From: Rhynchopus sp. YZ270_cl-10
Lineage: Eukaryota
Direction of reading: 5' to 3'
NCBI GenBank assembly: GCA_964035575.1
Contig: OZ037845.1
Span: forward strand, 1,426,001 to 1,490,000
Length of the DNA stretch: 64,000 bases
Shown: piece after piece, positions 1 to 11,572 of the stretch
Position numbering within the stretch: position 1 is the first letter of the stretch
How the letters are laid out: each line of letters begins with the position of its first letter
The notes under the pieces: generated by a model
Seen by the model: the letters and a program-made list of their open reading frames with translations, nothing else
Databases searched by the model: none
What the model was told of the DNA's origin: nothing
Made by a program: the position numbers and the translations under genes

Positions 1-2
1 CG

Positions 3-1595
3 AACACTAGCCAGGAGCTTTGCTCTGCGCATTTTGATTGGTTAGCACGTAAGCGCGTTGAGAATTTGGTTCATCTCCCTGGCGCGGGGTGTGAGTTTCT
101 TGTGCAATGGGCGAAGGAGCTTATTGCTCGATATTGTGAGGACAATACGTGTCGCGACTTTTTGTTTGAGGCGCCTACAGGGAAGCCCTATTTGTACCTT
201 CTCCGGTCTGTCGCGCCTTCGCATTGTTCTGAAGTATGGTTGATCCGGAATCTGTCTGAATCAGACCCGCATAAGCGTTGTGCTGCGGTTATCTCGCTTG
301 CGAAGAAGCTTGGGGTGCACACCGCAATTCTTCCCGAAGATCTGTTGTCTGCGTCTCTTCAGTTTAATTACATATTTCTTGCGCAGATTTTCCGTCGTTT
401 TGCACAACCCGAACTAGGCGCAGAAAGCTACCCACGCCTCTGGTGTGACGCAACCTTCAATAAGCATATGACCGAAGAGAAACGTCATGAATCACCCGAA
501 ACCATTCAACCAGATGAATGGCAGCAACGTCTTGAAGCGCATCGACTGCAAAATCAAATGTGGAGGATGAAACTATCTCAGGTCACCATGACGTTGGAAG
601 CGGAAATCACCGAATCACTTCGCCACGATTCCAAAAAAACCACCGTCTCCAGCGAAGAGGAGCAGACCAAGCTTGCACAGTTCTATGACCTACCTATAGT
701 TTCATACGCTGATTTGTTAACCGCGCTTAGTGGCGACGCGAAGACAAAGGATGTTCACGTGGACGTCATCAGATGCCTCCGTCTCCAGGTCCGCAACATC
801 CGTAATGTGTACAAATTCTATAGTGCACGCGATGTCTACATACCTTCCCTCGACGAAGAAACCGACCCCATCCAACGCCTCAGCAACGCCCAATTCCAGA
901 TTTTCTGCGAAGATTGCAACATCCCCCCAGGGCTCATCCCCGACCCCGCTGCGATGAGCTCCCGTTTAGAACAAAACTCTTTAATGCAAGAACGGGATGC
1001 AAAAACAGACTATCTGGTAGGACCCGCAGAGTTTTCTTTGGTGCTGGTCTACATCGCGTTTAAGATGTACGACGATGAAGAATTTGTAGACCGGGTGAGG
1101 AAGTTCATAGCCGAGGTTGTGGTGCCTAATGCGCAGGCATCTTCGTTGGATACGTTTCGGAATGACGTTGCGGACCAAGAGGTGCAGTCTGTGTTTCATA
1201 CGTTTTGGGTGCCTTTGAAGCGGATCTTCGCAAAATACTCAATGAAGGAAGAGCAGCAACGGTTGGCCCCAAAGTCGCCAAGAGGTGTGTCACGTTCCCG
1301 TTCAACGCAAAACCTCGCGGTACCCGAACCCAAAGACTCTATGTCCTTCGAGCTCTGGGAAGACTTCGTGCGTGACTACGACCTCTTCGACGGCCTCCTC
1401 GACAGTAGCGCTGTGCTGTTGACCTTCCACAACGTGCAGGACGACTCAGAAGACGGTTCCTCAACCATGCTCGACTACGGGGAGTGGACGGATGCGCTAG
1501 TCGCAATAGCGATATTCAAAAACCCAAGTCCCTTCGAACCACTCTCCACACGAGTAAACCGCTTTTTGCGAACGACTCTACGATTAAAGTTGTAG
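3..1595 (+). CDS. 5'-partial protein with a calponin-homology-like segment and a C-terminal EF-hand-like region (cytoskeletal/flagellar candidate)
   Basis: Frame is open from position 3 to TAG at 1595. AVISLAKKLGV..ILPEDL...NYIFLAQIF resembles the end of a CH domain. LKRIFAKYS...MSFELWEDF...LDYGEWTDAL resembles degenerate EF-hand pairs. Confidence 0.7.
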   Translation, partial: NTSQELCSAHFDWLARKRVENLVHLPGAGCEFLVQWAKELIARYCEDNTCRDFLFEAPTGKPYLYLLRSVAPSHCSEVWLIRNLSESDPHKRCAAVISLAKKLGVHTAILPEDLLSASLQFNYIFLAQIFRRFAQPELGAESYPRLWCDATFNKHMTEEKRHESPETIQPDEWQQRLEAHRLQNQMWRMKLSQVTMTLEAEITESLRHDSKKTTVSSEEEQTKLAQFYDLPIVSYADLLTALSGDAKTKDVHVDVIRCLRLQVRNIRNVYKFYSARDVYIPSLDEETDPIQRLSNAQFQIFCEDCNIPPGLIPDPAAMSSRLEQNSLMQERDAKTDYLVGPAEFSLVLVYIAFKMYDDEEFVDRVRKFIAEVVVPNAQASSLDTFRNDVADQEVQSVFHTFWVPLKRIFAKYSMKEEQQRLAPKSPRGVSRSRSTQNLAVPEPKDSMSFELWEDFVRDYDLFDGLLDSSAVLLTFHNVQDDSEDGSSTMLDYGEWTDALVAIAIFKNPSPFEPLSTRVNRFLRTTLRLKL

Positions 1596-1823
1596 AAAAA
1601 AAAACTGTGTTTCCACACAGATAGTATTGCTCCAAATAGAAAAACGTGGCACGCTTTTTATCAAAAGATGTGCAACAGATTACCATTTTTTTGGGGTCGA
1701 TAAGAGAAGGGTGTCATTGTCGCAATTAGAAGTATAAAAGTGGATGTTGTGTCTTTTTATGTCTTACGTTTCCCCTCGCCCCTTAATCCGCATCACAGAG
1801 CCCCTTATTTTTACACAACACAA

Positions 1824-2343
1824 ATGAGTCACACAATTCTGCTCTGCCAGCCAAGCACACAGAACAGCAGTCGTATATACTCTGATTATGAGACAGTGGA
1901 AGAGGCGTTGGATGGCGTGTGCAAAATGGTATGGAATTATACGCTTTTGTCTTTGCACAACATTTCTCCCCCTATTCATGATCACAACCGAGCTGCGTTT
2001 CAACCCATTTCAACTACTCTTTTTTGAATGCACGCCGCAAATTTTATCTTTTCTGACCCTCTTTTTATCTACACATCACAAACAGTACGAAGCCAGATTA
2101 AAGCAAGAGAACCCCGGTGTCACCGACTTGCAGTACGATATGGCCGACTTGGTATGCGCTCCCTCCCCCTCCACAAACGACCACCCACTACCACCACACC
2201 CCTTCCCTCAGCTTGCATTCATCGAATCACTAACTGACTTATCGCTTATGATATTTGACCAGAGCACACGCCTCTACCGGCCATTCGGAAAGGACTGGGT
2301 TGTGAACAAAGTGTACTCCCATTTGAGAAAATGCGCGTCATAA
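1824..2343 (+). CDS. ERH: Enhancer of rudimentary homolog (100 aa, 3 exons)
   Basis: Exons 1824-1928, 2086-2151 and 2212-2343 joined at GT-AG introns give MSHTILLCQP...YSDYETVEEALDGVCKM|YEARLKQENP...YDMADL|LAFIESLTDLS...KDWV, matching the ERH family along its full length. Confidence 0.93.
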
Positions 2344-3517
2344 GAGGAGGTAGAGGGTGGGTACGGGGGATAAGGGGGGGTGTGTGTCGGTATTGGTGTG
2401 ATCTATTCTAGCACCAAAGTAGTGAAAAGTAAATGAAAAGTGGAGAGTGTTGGTACTCCAGGGGTTAATGGGGGAAGGGTTTGTGGGGGGGATTGTCTCA
2501 AGGTGTTTTTTTTTGTGATTGGAAAAAAGAGGTTATTGCTTCTTTGATTTGGGGTAAACAGCGCCCCTTTTATTTTCAAGGTCCAACTTTTCTTGTGTGG
2601 CAATGAAGTGTTCCAGGGCTGGCCTGTGGCATTTTTGTGTTAATCTGCGTCGTAGAGAGGAGAGAGGAGATGGTTCGTGCCTTCATACTCGCCCCGTTTT
2701 ATAAAAAAAGATGTTTTGTGCCTGGGAGGTACCCGTCTTTAAGTTTCTTTCTGAATTTTCCAAAAGTGCAGTTTCTTGCTTTTTAGAACAGCAAACAAAA
2801 AAGCTCATTTTTTCTATCTCCAGTCCATTGGGGCGCCCGACTCATAGGCTACGACCGTCGCCCAGTTTTTACGTACCTGCGCTACACCATGCACATGCTC
2901 GAACACTTCAATGGTGCTATCCCGAGACACCCGAGAGAAGAGAGAAATCTGTTCCCTTCTCTTCACGTCTGAACCGTCGCTGAGCAGCGATAAGAAAAGG
3001 AGAGGAGAGGCACGCAGTTATATGCGCCGTTATACGCTTCCTGAGGGCCAAGTTAAGTGCGAGTAGACGTTGGCTTGTCACAGTGGTGGAGGTGTAATTT
3101 ACCCTCCGTTCAAAGAAACTCACCGAGGTCAATATCAAGCCTCCCAATGAGACGAGCAAGCTTCTTCAGCGTAGTGGTACCGCGCCAACGCGGTGCTGTA
3201 CTGTGCCGTGCGGGCGGGTCCGTCACCATATCAGCTTCCGCATCACTCTCTCCTTCCACTGTTCTGTAGTGAAGACTTCCTCGTCCCTCAGTCGGGGGCC
3301 CCTGACAAATTTGTGGAAACCTGCGCAGCTCCGAATGTGATCAAAGTGACTAAGCACGAGAGGCAAATGACTGATGAATAAATCAAAGAATAATCTAATC
3401 AGACTAAGCACAGAGAGGCTTAGGGTCATCTTATAAACCTTTTCTTTTTTATTGACAACACAATGCATCCTCATAAATTATTTTTCCAGATGACACATTT
3501 AACCACATTTACACAAA

Positions 3518-4144
3518 ATGTCATCCCCAACACAACGCTTCCATACACAAAAGAAAACTAAGTCTGTTTTGCTGCCTTGCACTGTGAGTGGCGTTATTAA
3601 AGAACGGAATGAGCGGCCTTGCCTTACATATATGGACCTCACGTTTCCTGAGATGTCGAAGGTGAATTATTTGTCGTTTCGCAATTTCTATACTGAGTCT
3701 ATTAGCATTAAGCACAAGGACCCTAATGGCGATTGGGTGACGGTGATCCCTACGTACAGGCTGATGAAGAGCTGCCACTGCGAGACGGATGCACAGGACT
3801 GGCATACGATAGATATGTTCCGCTCCACGGTGCGCACCTTTGACTGCTTCCGCGTCAGCAGGCTGCGCATCTATCTGACGCAGGCTTCCGCCAATTGGAC
3901 GTCCTTTGTGCTGCACGACGTCTCCGTGTACGGCCTCTCTGAGCTCCCCGCAGAGCAAGTCCCTGTAAGCGTGCCCGCCTCTGTACTCGCTGCGACATCG
4001 CAGGTCCTCCAACTCGCCCACTCTATAAAGCTACACCGCGAAGAATACAACCGCTATGAAAAGTTCTCGAAATACCTCAACAAAGTTCCGCTGGAAGTTG
4101 AGATATCGAAGGCAGCGTGCTCGGAAATTACTGAGTTGAAATGA
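3518..4144 (+). CDS. NICN1: Nicolin-1-like protein (tubulin polyglutamylase complex subunit)
   Basis: Motifs LPCTV, DLTFP, SFRNFYT, WVTV...YRLM..CH.E.DAQD and LRIYLTQ.S..W.SF match nicolin-1. Confidence 0.8.
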   Translation: MSSPTQRFHTQKKTKSVLLPCTVSGVIKERNERPCLTYMDLTFPEMSKVNYLSFRNFYTESISIKHKDPNGDWVTVIPTYRLMKSCHCETDAQDWHTIDMFRSTVRTFDCFRVSRLRIYLTQASANWTSFVLHDVSVYGLSELPAEQVPVSVPASVLAATSQVLQLAHSIKLHREEYNRYEKFSKYLNKVPLEVEISKAACSEITELK

Positions 4145-4349
4145 CATGGTGAAAGTACACCACACACACACACACCCCTCCACTATCCTAACTGAACACG
4201 CCCCCCCACATCACCCCACACTCTTTTCCAAGCAACGCCACGCACACTTTTCCTCCATTCCCCACCTCCCATCCAACCGCAAACCTCAGGGGGAGTCCAC
4301 CACACACCCCCCTAACCTACACGGCCGGGTTTCGTTCTGGCCAGCAACG

Positions 4350-6464
4350 ATGTCTGTCGAGGTGACAGAAGAGGAGCTGAGCCGGCTGCACCAGAAGATC
4401 ACCGACCTCAATGACGAGACCTTCGACCTGCGGGCGGAGGTCACGAAGCTCATTGAATCCAATTCTACTTTGTCCACTGAGCTGGAAAGGCAAACCAAAA
4501 CACTGGTTGCCTCCCAGGTCGCTAAGGAGACTGGCGGCGACGACGACAAGAAGAAGAGCCGCTTCACTCGCTTTGTCGATAAAGTCAAGGACACAAAGGA
4601 TATGGTCGAAATGCAGGCAGAAATCGACGTTCTTCAGGCCCAGGTTGCACAGCACGAATCTGAGGCAGTCAGGCTGCAGGCAATGGAGATGAATACACGA
4701 CACCTTCAGACCTTCGCTAGGGAGTCGCAGCTGTCGATCTCCACGTTGGAGGAGAGCGAGAGGAAGCTGAAAAAGCAGCTGGCTGGCATGAAGGATTTGG
4801 TGGAGTCGAAGCCTGAGCTGCATGATGCCTCTGCCGTTGCAGACACAAAGATGCAGTTGGACGATGCGCTGCACAGTCTCGCGCAGAAGGAGGCAGATCT
4901 GACCGAATCTGCACAACGGCTTGTCACCACCGACGAAGCGAACCTCGACCTCCGCCGTACCGTGACGCAGCTCCAAATGGATGTAGACGCATGGAAGAAA
5001 CGGAGCTCCTCCCTCGACACAGCACTTCTCGAAATTGAACGTCTAACACAAGCAGGCGACTGTCTCAAAATCGACTCCCAAGCATGGAAAGAACAATGCC
5101 AACACCTTCAAAAAGACTTATTAGAACGCGCCGAAACATTCGAAGAAAAGAAGCGAGAAGCACAGAAACAGGCGGAAAACATTGCGTCACTCCAATCCCA
5201 ACTGGAAGCACTCAGCAATGAAAAGGCACTTCGGGAACAAGCAGAGCTTTCCCTCAGCGATATGTCATTAAAACTGCAGACTGTTACGTCGGAAGCAGCG
5301 GACAACGAAAAGGAATGCGCCAGGTTTGATGAGGTGCAGTCGAAGGCGACGTCATTACAGAACAATGTGTCGTCGATGAAGGAGGCACTCAAAATCCGCG
5401 ATGCCACCATTGCAAAGGAAAGGGTGCAAAACGACGCTCTCACGGAACGGCTAAAATGCGAGACAGAAAAGGCTGCCGAGGCTGACACCCTTCGTGCTGT
5501 GATTGCGGAAAGGGACATAAGGGATCTGGTGTCCGCCTGCGTGGACGACGCCGCATTCCTCGCTGAACAGCAAACTGCTGCAAAGCTTCCCGCCTTAGAG
5601 GAAAGTCTTAGTAGCTGTAAAGCGGAAGCTGCGTACCTTCAGGAGCGTGCAAAGGAGTTTGACCAGAAACTGTCGGATTTGAGGAGCGAACATAAAATTG
5701 TGGTATGTCAAAAAAACACTTGAGGGTGGGAGCTTGTACAACATCATTCCAACAATTTTTCAAAAAAAAAAATGTAGTGGCGCACACTTTGGGGTGGCTA
5801 CTAATGCAACCAAGTTTTCAAAAAATGAAATACATTGCCCCATTTGGCGATAGCGCTATGTTAATACTTCCTCTTTTTGTTGCAGACACGCAAAAAGGAT
5901 AACCTCATCCGAGAACTTCAATCGCAGCTGAAAAACGCCGAAAAGGAGCAGCTGAACCATGAGAAACAACAGAAGACGTTGTCCGCTGAGGCAAGTGTAC
6001 TGCGGAGTTCCTCCTCGGTGAACTCTTTGTCGCAAAGTGTGGACGGACTCTCCTTGCAAGACGTGCCTGCTGCACCCCTCGCCACACCAGAGCTGGCAGC
6101 ACTGCAGAAGGAGGAAATTCATTTGATCCAGAAGGTCGCATCGCTCACCCAAAAGGCGTGGCAGTTGGAGGAGGACAAACGCAACCAGCAGCTCACCATC
6201 AAACAGCTTCAGGAGGATAACGACAAAAAGAACGTCGTAATAGGGCATTGGCTATCCGGCCCTGCTGCTGAGCAGCTTCTCGCAAAGAAGGGGAAATTGT
6301 TGACAAAGCAAAAACAATCTACCACAGCGTGGCTCACCGGAATGGGTGCAAGTGTGAAACAGCAGGATATCAATGCCACTCTGCAAAAGGTTGTCCAAGA
6401 TACAATCGCAGAAAACATCGTTCTCAACGAAAAGCTCCAAGAAGCAGAGCAAAAGCTGAAATGA
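4350..6464 (+). CDS. GRIPAP1/GRASP-1-like coiled-coil protein (2 exons)
   Basis: Exons 4350-5702 and 5886-6464, with intron GTATGT...TTGCAG. N-terminal EEELSRLHQKITDL and C-terminal LIQKVASLTQKAWQLEE...KKNVVI...INATLQKVVQDTIAEN resemble GRIPAP1 termini. The start ATG at 4350 is inferred. Confidence 0.7.
5762..5825 (+). repeat. Hairpin family C copy, inside the intron of the GRIPAP1-like gene
   Basis: A-tract + GTAGTGG.GCACACT.T.GGGTGGCTAC...CAACCAAGTTTTC + A-tract. Close copies occur at 54501-54568 and 61094-61167. Confidence 0.75.
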
Positions 6465-7119
6465 TTTGGCATTCACAGTGCGTGAAAAATGGAAGAAAAA
6501 ACAAAATCACAATGATATGAGCAGACCCTTCTCCTAGAAGGGAACCTATCAGTTGTGTGCAGCGAACGAGAGAACGAGAGAGATTTTGTGAGAATTCACG
6601 TTTTATCAACGTTATTATGGGAAAGGGGCTTTTGGTGAAGAATGCACTTTACTAATGAAGCTTTGGGGGGGGAGGAAAAGGTACGTTCATCTTCTGGGTG
6701 ACAATAAACTTCACGGTTAACAAAAAAGGGGGGGAAGACGCCAACAGTTGGGTTCTAAACTAAAAAAGGGAAAGCTCTTCGTTGTGGAAAAAAGGGGGTG
6801 TTTTGTTGTGGGGGGAAGGGAGGTGGTGGTGGCTGTATTGTGATAATTATTCCATCATATTACACATCGCAAATACAGCTGTATTGTGGTATTGTATTAT
6901 GACAATTATCACATTGCATCCACCGCTAAAGGGAGGGGATGTTGTTATGTTCCACGAGGCTCGTTCGTCTTTCAAGTTGTCTTTAAAATACAAATGTACG
7001 ATAGTGAAAAATTGTGAGGGGAGGTGGTCAAATGGTGGGGTGTCGGGGGAAGAGTGGAGAGATGAGTTTTCTTCATTTTCTTCCCAAAAAAAAAAAAAAA
7101 AAAAAGTACCGTTTGTACG

Positions 7120-7262
7120 GCGATATTGGAGTGATCCAGGGTACTATTCTACGAAATTCGCAAACCAGGATTTTTTTTTGCGATTTTTTTTGCGATTCGC
7201 ATTCCGGGTTTTTGCGATTTTTTTTGTGGCAGAGGATACTACCCCGGATCACCCCAGATATG
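7120..7262. mobile_element. Degenerate MITE-like inverted-repeat element
   Basis: ATATTGGAGTGATCCAGGGTA is an imperfect inverted repeat of TACCCCGGATCACCCCAGATAT. Internal TTTTGCGATT repeats. Confidence 0.45.
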
Positions 7263-7354
7263 CCTTTGCAACAATGATAAGGATATTGCCAAACTCCCTT
7301 TATTAGATGTAAAACAGCGAACTGTATTGTATTGGGAACTCCATCCCCAGTGTT

Positions 7355-7509
7355 CTGGTCATGCCAAGGTACACTGAGGGTGGAGTTCAACGAGAGAGCT
7401 TTTGTATTTCAAGCCACATTTTAAAAAGATGTGTACGCAGTGTGAGGCATATTCACCCTTTTTTAAGGTGACTAAGCACGAGAGGCTTAGGATCATCTTA
7501 TAAACCTTT
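7355..7509 (+). repeat. Cluster of intergenic hairpin motifs B, D and A
   Basis: B 7355-7413 (CCAAGGTACACTG...CGAGAGAGCTTTTGTATTTCAAG), D 7425-7460, A 7465-7509 (AAGGTGACTAAGCACGAGAGGCTTAGGATCATCTTATAAACC). Confidence 0.75.
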
Positions 7510-8022
7510 CTTTTTTTTTGGCATTCCTAACGTTAGTGCAAGGTACAGCATATTGTCCACGGTTGCTTCCTCTCCCCTCCCTTGGCCTTACATCTGTGCT
7601 ATGGTTCAGTCATCTTTCATGGGTTCTTTTCTATTTTCCCTTTTTTAAAGGGCTGGGGTATAAAGAGGTCGCGTGATTCGCCGAGTGGTTTGTGAACCGC
7701 CTCCGTTCTCTTATGGTACGGACCACCCACGTCCTACCCTTTGCATGAGCTCGATGGAGATGCGTTTTAGGTTTCAACTATTTTTTTTTTTGCTTTTTTT
7801 TGTTGAAGCAGAATGCCCTCTTATCTCATCCTACCAAAGGTTTGTTTGTGATATTCTCAGATGCTTTCAGGGTTATCGTTCAAGGGGAGCTTTTATGTGA
7901 GCAGCTTCGCTTCATCTTACCAACGATAAGGTGTACACGAGGTACATTCCATCTTCCGACCGCATTCTTTTATTAGGTGTCCAACGTGGGTTCATCGTGC
8001 TAACTTTCCCCCCCCCCTTAGG

Positions 8023-8812
8023 CATAGGTGCCCGGCGAGTTAAAACAACTCGGCAACTCGCCCAAATTCGGCCAACAACTCGCCCATTTTTTTTGGGCGA
8101 GTTGTTTTTTTTTGGGATTTTTTATGGCTACAAAAACACAGGTACACAGGTACACAGGTACACAGGTACACAGGTACACAGGTACACCACATCACGTTTT
8201 ATCTTGTGCATCCCACGCTTCACAGCTGGTCTGTGAATGTGCGCTTTGTGTGGTTTTGTGTATCCCAAAGGAAGTCGTCGCCCAAAGCATTTTGACTAAA
8301 CGTGTGAACGTTGTGAACCTGGAATCGATAGCAGACAGGAAAAGAGGATGGGCAGGCAGCGCCTGCCCGACCTGTGTGAAGTGAATCAGTGATTGCCTGA
8401 CAGATGTCTGGGGAACCGTGTGTTCTGTGTGGGTATCCATGTACGGAGTATATCCCATTCCCCCCAGCAATTACCAAAAACCGTGAGTGTGCACGGTGGC
8501 CCATGGACCACCACGACCTAGTTACCACCTATGACTAGTCATATGACAAGGTGCATGTAATGAGTGGCGTTTGGCCTTAGCCCTGGTTGTTTTTCTTGAG
8601 ATCATGTGTTGTACCAACGTTACATGTGTGTAACCTTACAACGTCACCTCCCATCCCTGTATGTTTTTGCCTGTAAAAATGGGCGAGTTGTGGCCGAGTT
8701 GTGCCGAGTATAGGGCGAGTTGTGGCCGAGTTGTCCGAGTTTTGGGCGAGTTGTTAGGTGAAATCGTAAAGTTCCGACAACTCGCCCAAAAACGACTCGG
8801 CGGGCACCTATG
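8023..8812. mobile_element. TIR element CATAGGTGCCC...GGGCACCTATG with 6-bp TSD CTTAGG
   Basis: Terminal inverted repeats plus subterminal CAACTCGCCC/GGGCGAGTTG repeats. CTTAGG occurs at 8017-8022 and 8813-8818. Confidence 0.8.
8136..8183 (+). repeat. (ACACAGGT)6 tandem repeat
   Basis: Six exact 8-mer copies. Confidence 0.95.
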
Positions 8813-10636
8813 CTTAGGGGATATCAAAGGGGTGTCACATTTGACGTTTTTCAAATTAGTGAAAATCGCCTATCAGAAAGTGCCAAAACCGCCTCCAACC
8901 ACCCCACACCCCCCAGAAAACCTGTTCCTGCCCCGAAACTACCCATAGGGGGGTCTTCTGGGCCGTAAAATGCAATTCTAAAAAAGTGGTCACACTTCTG
9001 TACCTGGGCACCCCCACAGAACCCCCTTCAGAATACGAGAAAATAAAGTTCGACAACGCCACGGTCGGAGAGGGTTGGAAAGCAGGCTGAGGCACACGCG
9101 ACACTTGTGCTGGTGTTCTTCGGGGGAGAACTGTGCAGAAAGCGCCGGGGCGGCATCCTGCATGGCTGCACAGAGGTTGAAGAGAAGGGCGGGTCTAGGG
9201 GTGCGACTCCACTGTTTATAGGTGGGAACCATTGTCGTAATAACCTCTTACGGCATTTTTGGCCATTTCCAGGCCACCTCCGGTCGGAAAACCCCCCAGA
9301 AATGGGTAAGAAACACCCTGTGACCCGAAAATTCATGATAAGAGCGACTCATAATATGATAAAATGCAAAAAAGTAGTGAAAAAGTGGCATTTTGACGGT
9401 TTTGGCCATGTTGGGTAAAATGGCCATTTTTGGTGAAAAAAATCAAAAAAACAGCAAAATTTCGACATCATGACAGCTGCTTGGGCACAAAACTGCCCCA
9501 AAAATGTCCTGTGCGTCCATTCCAACCTGTTTTGGACACTTTAGGTACTTTTTTTGGCCGTTTTTTGGTGTTTTTGTGGTAAAAAACGTCCTATGATAGT
9601 CCTATACTAATCGCAAGACACCGTTTGTCCCTTCTGGACCAATATGTGGGCCAAAAAATGGGTGAAACCCCCGAAAAAGCACTCCGGGAGCCCAGATAGT
9701 TCCAAATTTCCCCGCCAACTCACAAAACCACCTCAAAAACATGCCAGGAAAACATTTTTAAAAACTATAGGGAGTCGCACCCCCTATGGTGAGGGGTGCC
9801 CAGGTACAGAAGTGTGACCACTTTTTTAGAATTGCATTTTACGGCCCAGAAGACCCCCCTATGGGTAGTTTCGGGGCAGGAACAGGTTTTCTGGGGGGTG
9901 TGGGGTGGTTGGAGGCGGTTTTGGCACTTTCTGATAGGCGGTTTTCACTTATTTTGAAAAACGTCAAATGTGACACTTTTAAATAGGCCTTTGATATCCC
10001 CTAACCCCCCCCTCTCTGTTGTTATAGATGGTGGGGATGCGGTGCCTATTGGAGGTTTTTAAAAAGTCACGAAGGTTTGGGAGCGCGTCCACCCCATTTT
10101 GCTTGAATACAAAACAGAGTAGCAAAAACAAAAACAAAAAAACAAAAACAAAGTTGAAACAAACTTTTCAAACCCCATTTTGCTTGAAATTTTGGAGGAG
10201 TTTAGTGGAGGTTAAGTTGGGGGTTTAAATACTACCAAACTCCTCCAAAAACTCCAAGTTTCAAGAAAAACTCAGGTGGCATCTACAACGAAAGGTGTTC
10301 AGTAATAGTACCAAGAAAAGTACACACAGCTTGGGTGGGTACACGATGGCCTTGTCGGGCCCTGACATGATATGGGTCACCGTGCACGGGACGCATTGGG
10401 TGTGGATCTGATACATCCCACTGAGTTTGTATTTCCAACTTTGAGCCCGTTGATGGATGTCTTTCGTGTTGTTGATGTGAGCCATTTATTTTATCTTTTT
10501 TTGGCCAAAAAGAAAAAAAACGTTGTGAAGTATCTTTCCAGGAGTTTGTGGAAAGAAACTCCGCAAGCCATGAAGCTATGGTTGCGATTTTTGTTTCGTT
10601 TCTTATCCGTTTCTTGTGACAAAAAATACAAAAAAG

Positions 10637-10748
10637 CAGGGCGTTCGCCCCGGGGCGAAAAATATTTTTTTTCGTTAAAAAAATCTTTTCCTGAAAAAAT
10701 GACATTTTATTTCGCCCCAGGGCTTCGCCCCACCGGGGCGAAACCCTG
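10637..10748. mobile_element. Small CAGGG-ended MITE
   Basis: CAGGGCGTTCGCCCCGGGGCGAA is inverted with TTCGCCCCACCGGGGCGAAACCCTG. No clear TSD. Confidence 0.5.
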
Positions 10749-11572
10749 TATAAATAAATAAATAAATAAATAAAAAAAGGGGGAAAAAAAAAAAAAAGAG
10801 AGAGAGATTTCTCCCCACCACCCTGTAGACCCCCCCGGAGGGGGGGTCGCAGAGGGGTGTCCACTGTACTCAAAATCATCCGCAAACCCGCCTGCCGTGA
10901 GAGGAAGTTTCCCCAGCACTCCCGCTCGCTCCTCAATCCTGCAGTCTGCTGAAGGTGTACCGTACCCCCTGTTATAGAAGGTGTCACTGCTCGTGTCAAC
11001 TCTATCTTCAATGGCAGAGAGTTGAAAATAATCAAAATAAGGATGAAGTCTCATATGACAGATGCCTCTCTCTTGTACATCTGCTTGATTAAACAACACA
11101 AAGAGACCCTCAGTGAGGGGGGATTGATGAAATTCTCCATCGTTTTGCTGGTTTTAGTATCAGGAAAGTTCAGCTGTAATATCACTTGTGCTGGGGAAGG
11201 GATCACGCGCAAATCGCAAATTTTTTTTGACCATTCAGTACCAGGGATTCACCCCACGAACTAACTTCTCTCCGGCGGGAAAATTTTTTTTGACCTATTT
11301 TAAGCACTAGTAAAAAAACGAAAATTTCGGGGGTTTTGGCATTTCGCCACGATCAGGAAAAAACGATGGCGATAGCGAACGCCCTGCAAAAAAGACAAAA
11401 AAAAAAAAAAGGTGGGCCAAAAACAGAGCTCAGGTTCGTCTATTACCAAACCTTAACATTAAGGTGTGTATGCACGTGAAGCACACTCATCTTTCAACCC
11501 TTTTATTGAGTATCAGTGCCTGCGTCTCAGAATCGTTTGGCAAACTCTATCACCTTTTTTTTCCCCCCGCAC

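Larger units (their letters stand above)
8018..10004. mobile_element. Non-autonomous TIR element with ~200-bp TIRs (TTAGGGGATATC...GATATCCCCTAA), hAT-like, interrupted at its left end
   Basis: 8814-9015 is the near-perfect reverse complement of 9793-10004. C8 runs on both flanks are compatible with an 8-bp TSD. Confidence 0.8.

Noticed and set aside
3365..3402. CTGATGA as a hammerhead ribozyme core or a C/D box
   Set aside because: No correctly placed GAAA and stems, and no terminal D box was found.
4146..4349. N-terminal extension of the coiled-coil ORF
   Set aside because: The ATG lies immediately after the NICN1 stop, and the sequence is C/A-rich intergenic-like. Family similarity begins at ATG 4350.
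8192..8470. Possible transposase remnant inside the CAT-ended element (DSRFTTFTRLVKML)
   Set aside because: Similarity to hAT motifs is too weak to support without a search.
8814..8820. TTAGGG as a telomeric repeat
   Set aside because: A single unit forming the terminus of a TIR element, not a tandem tract.
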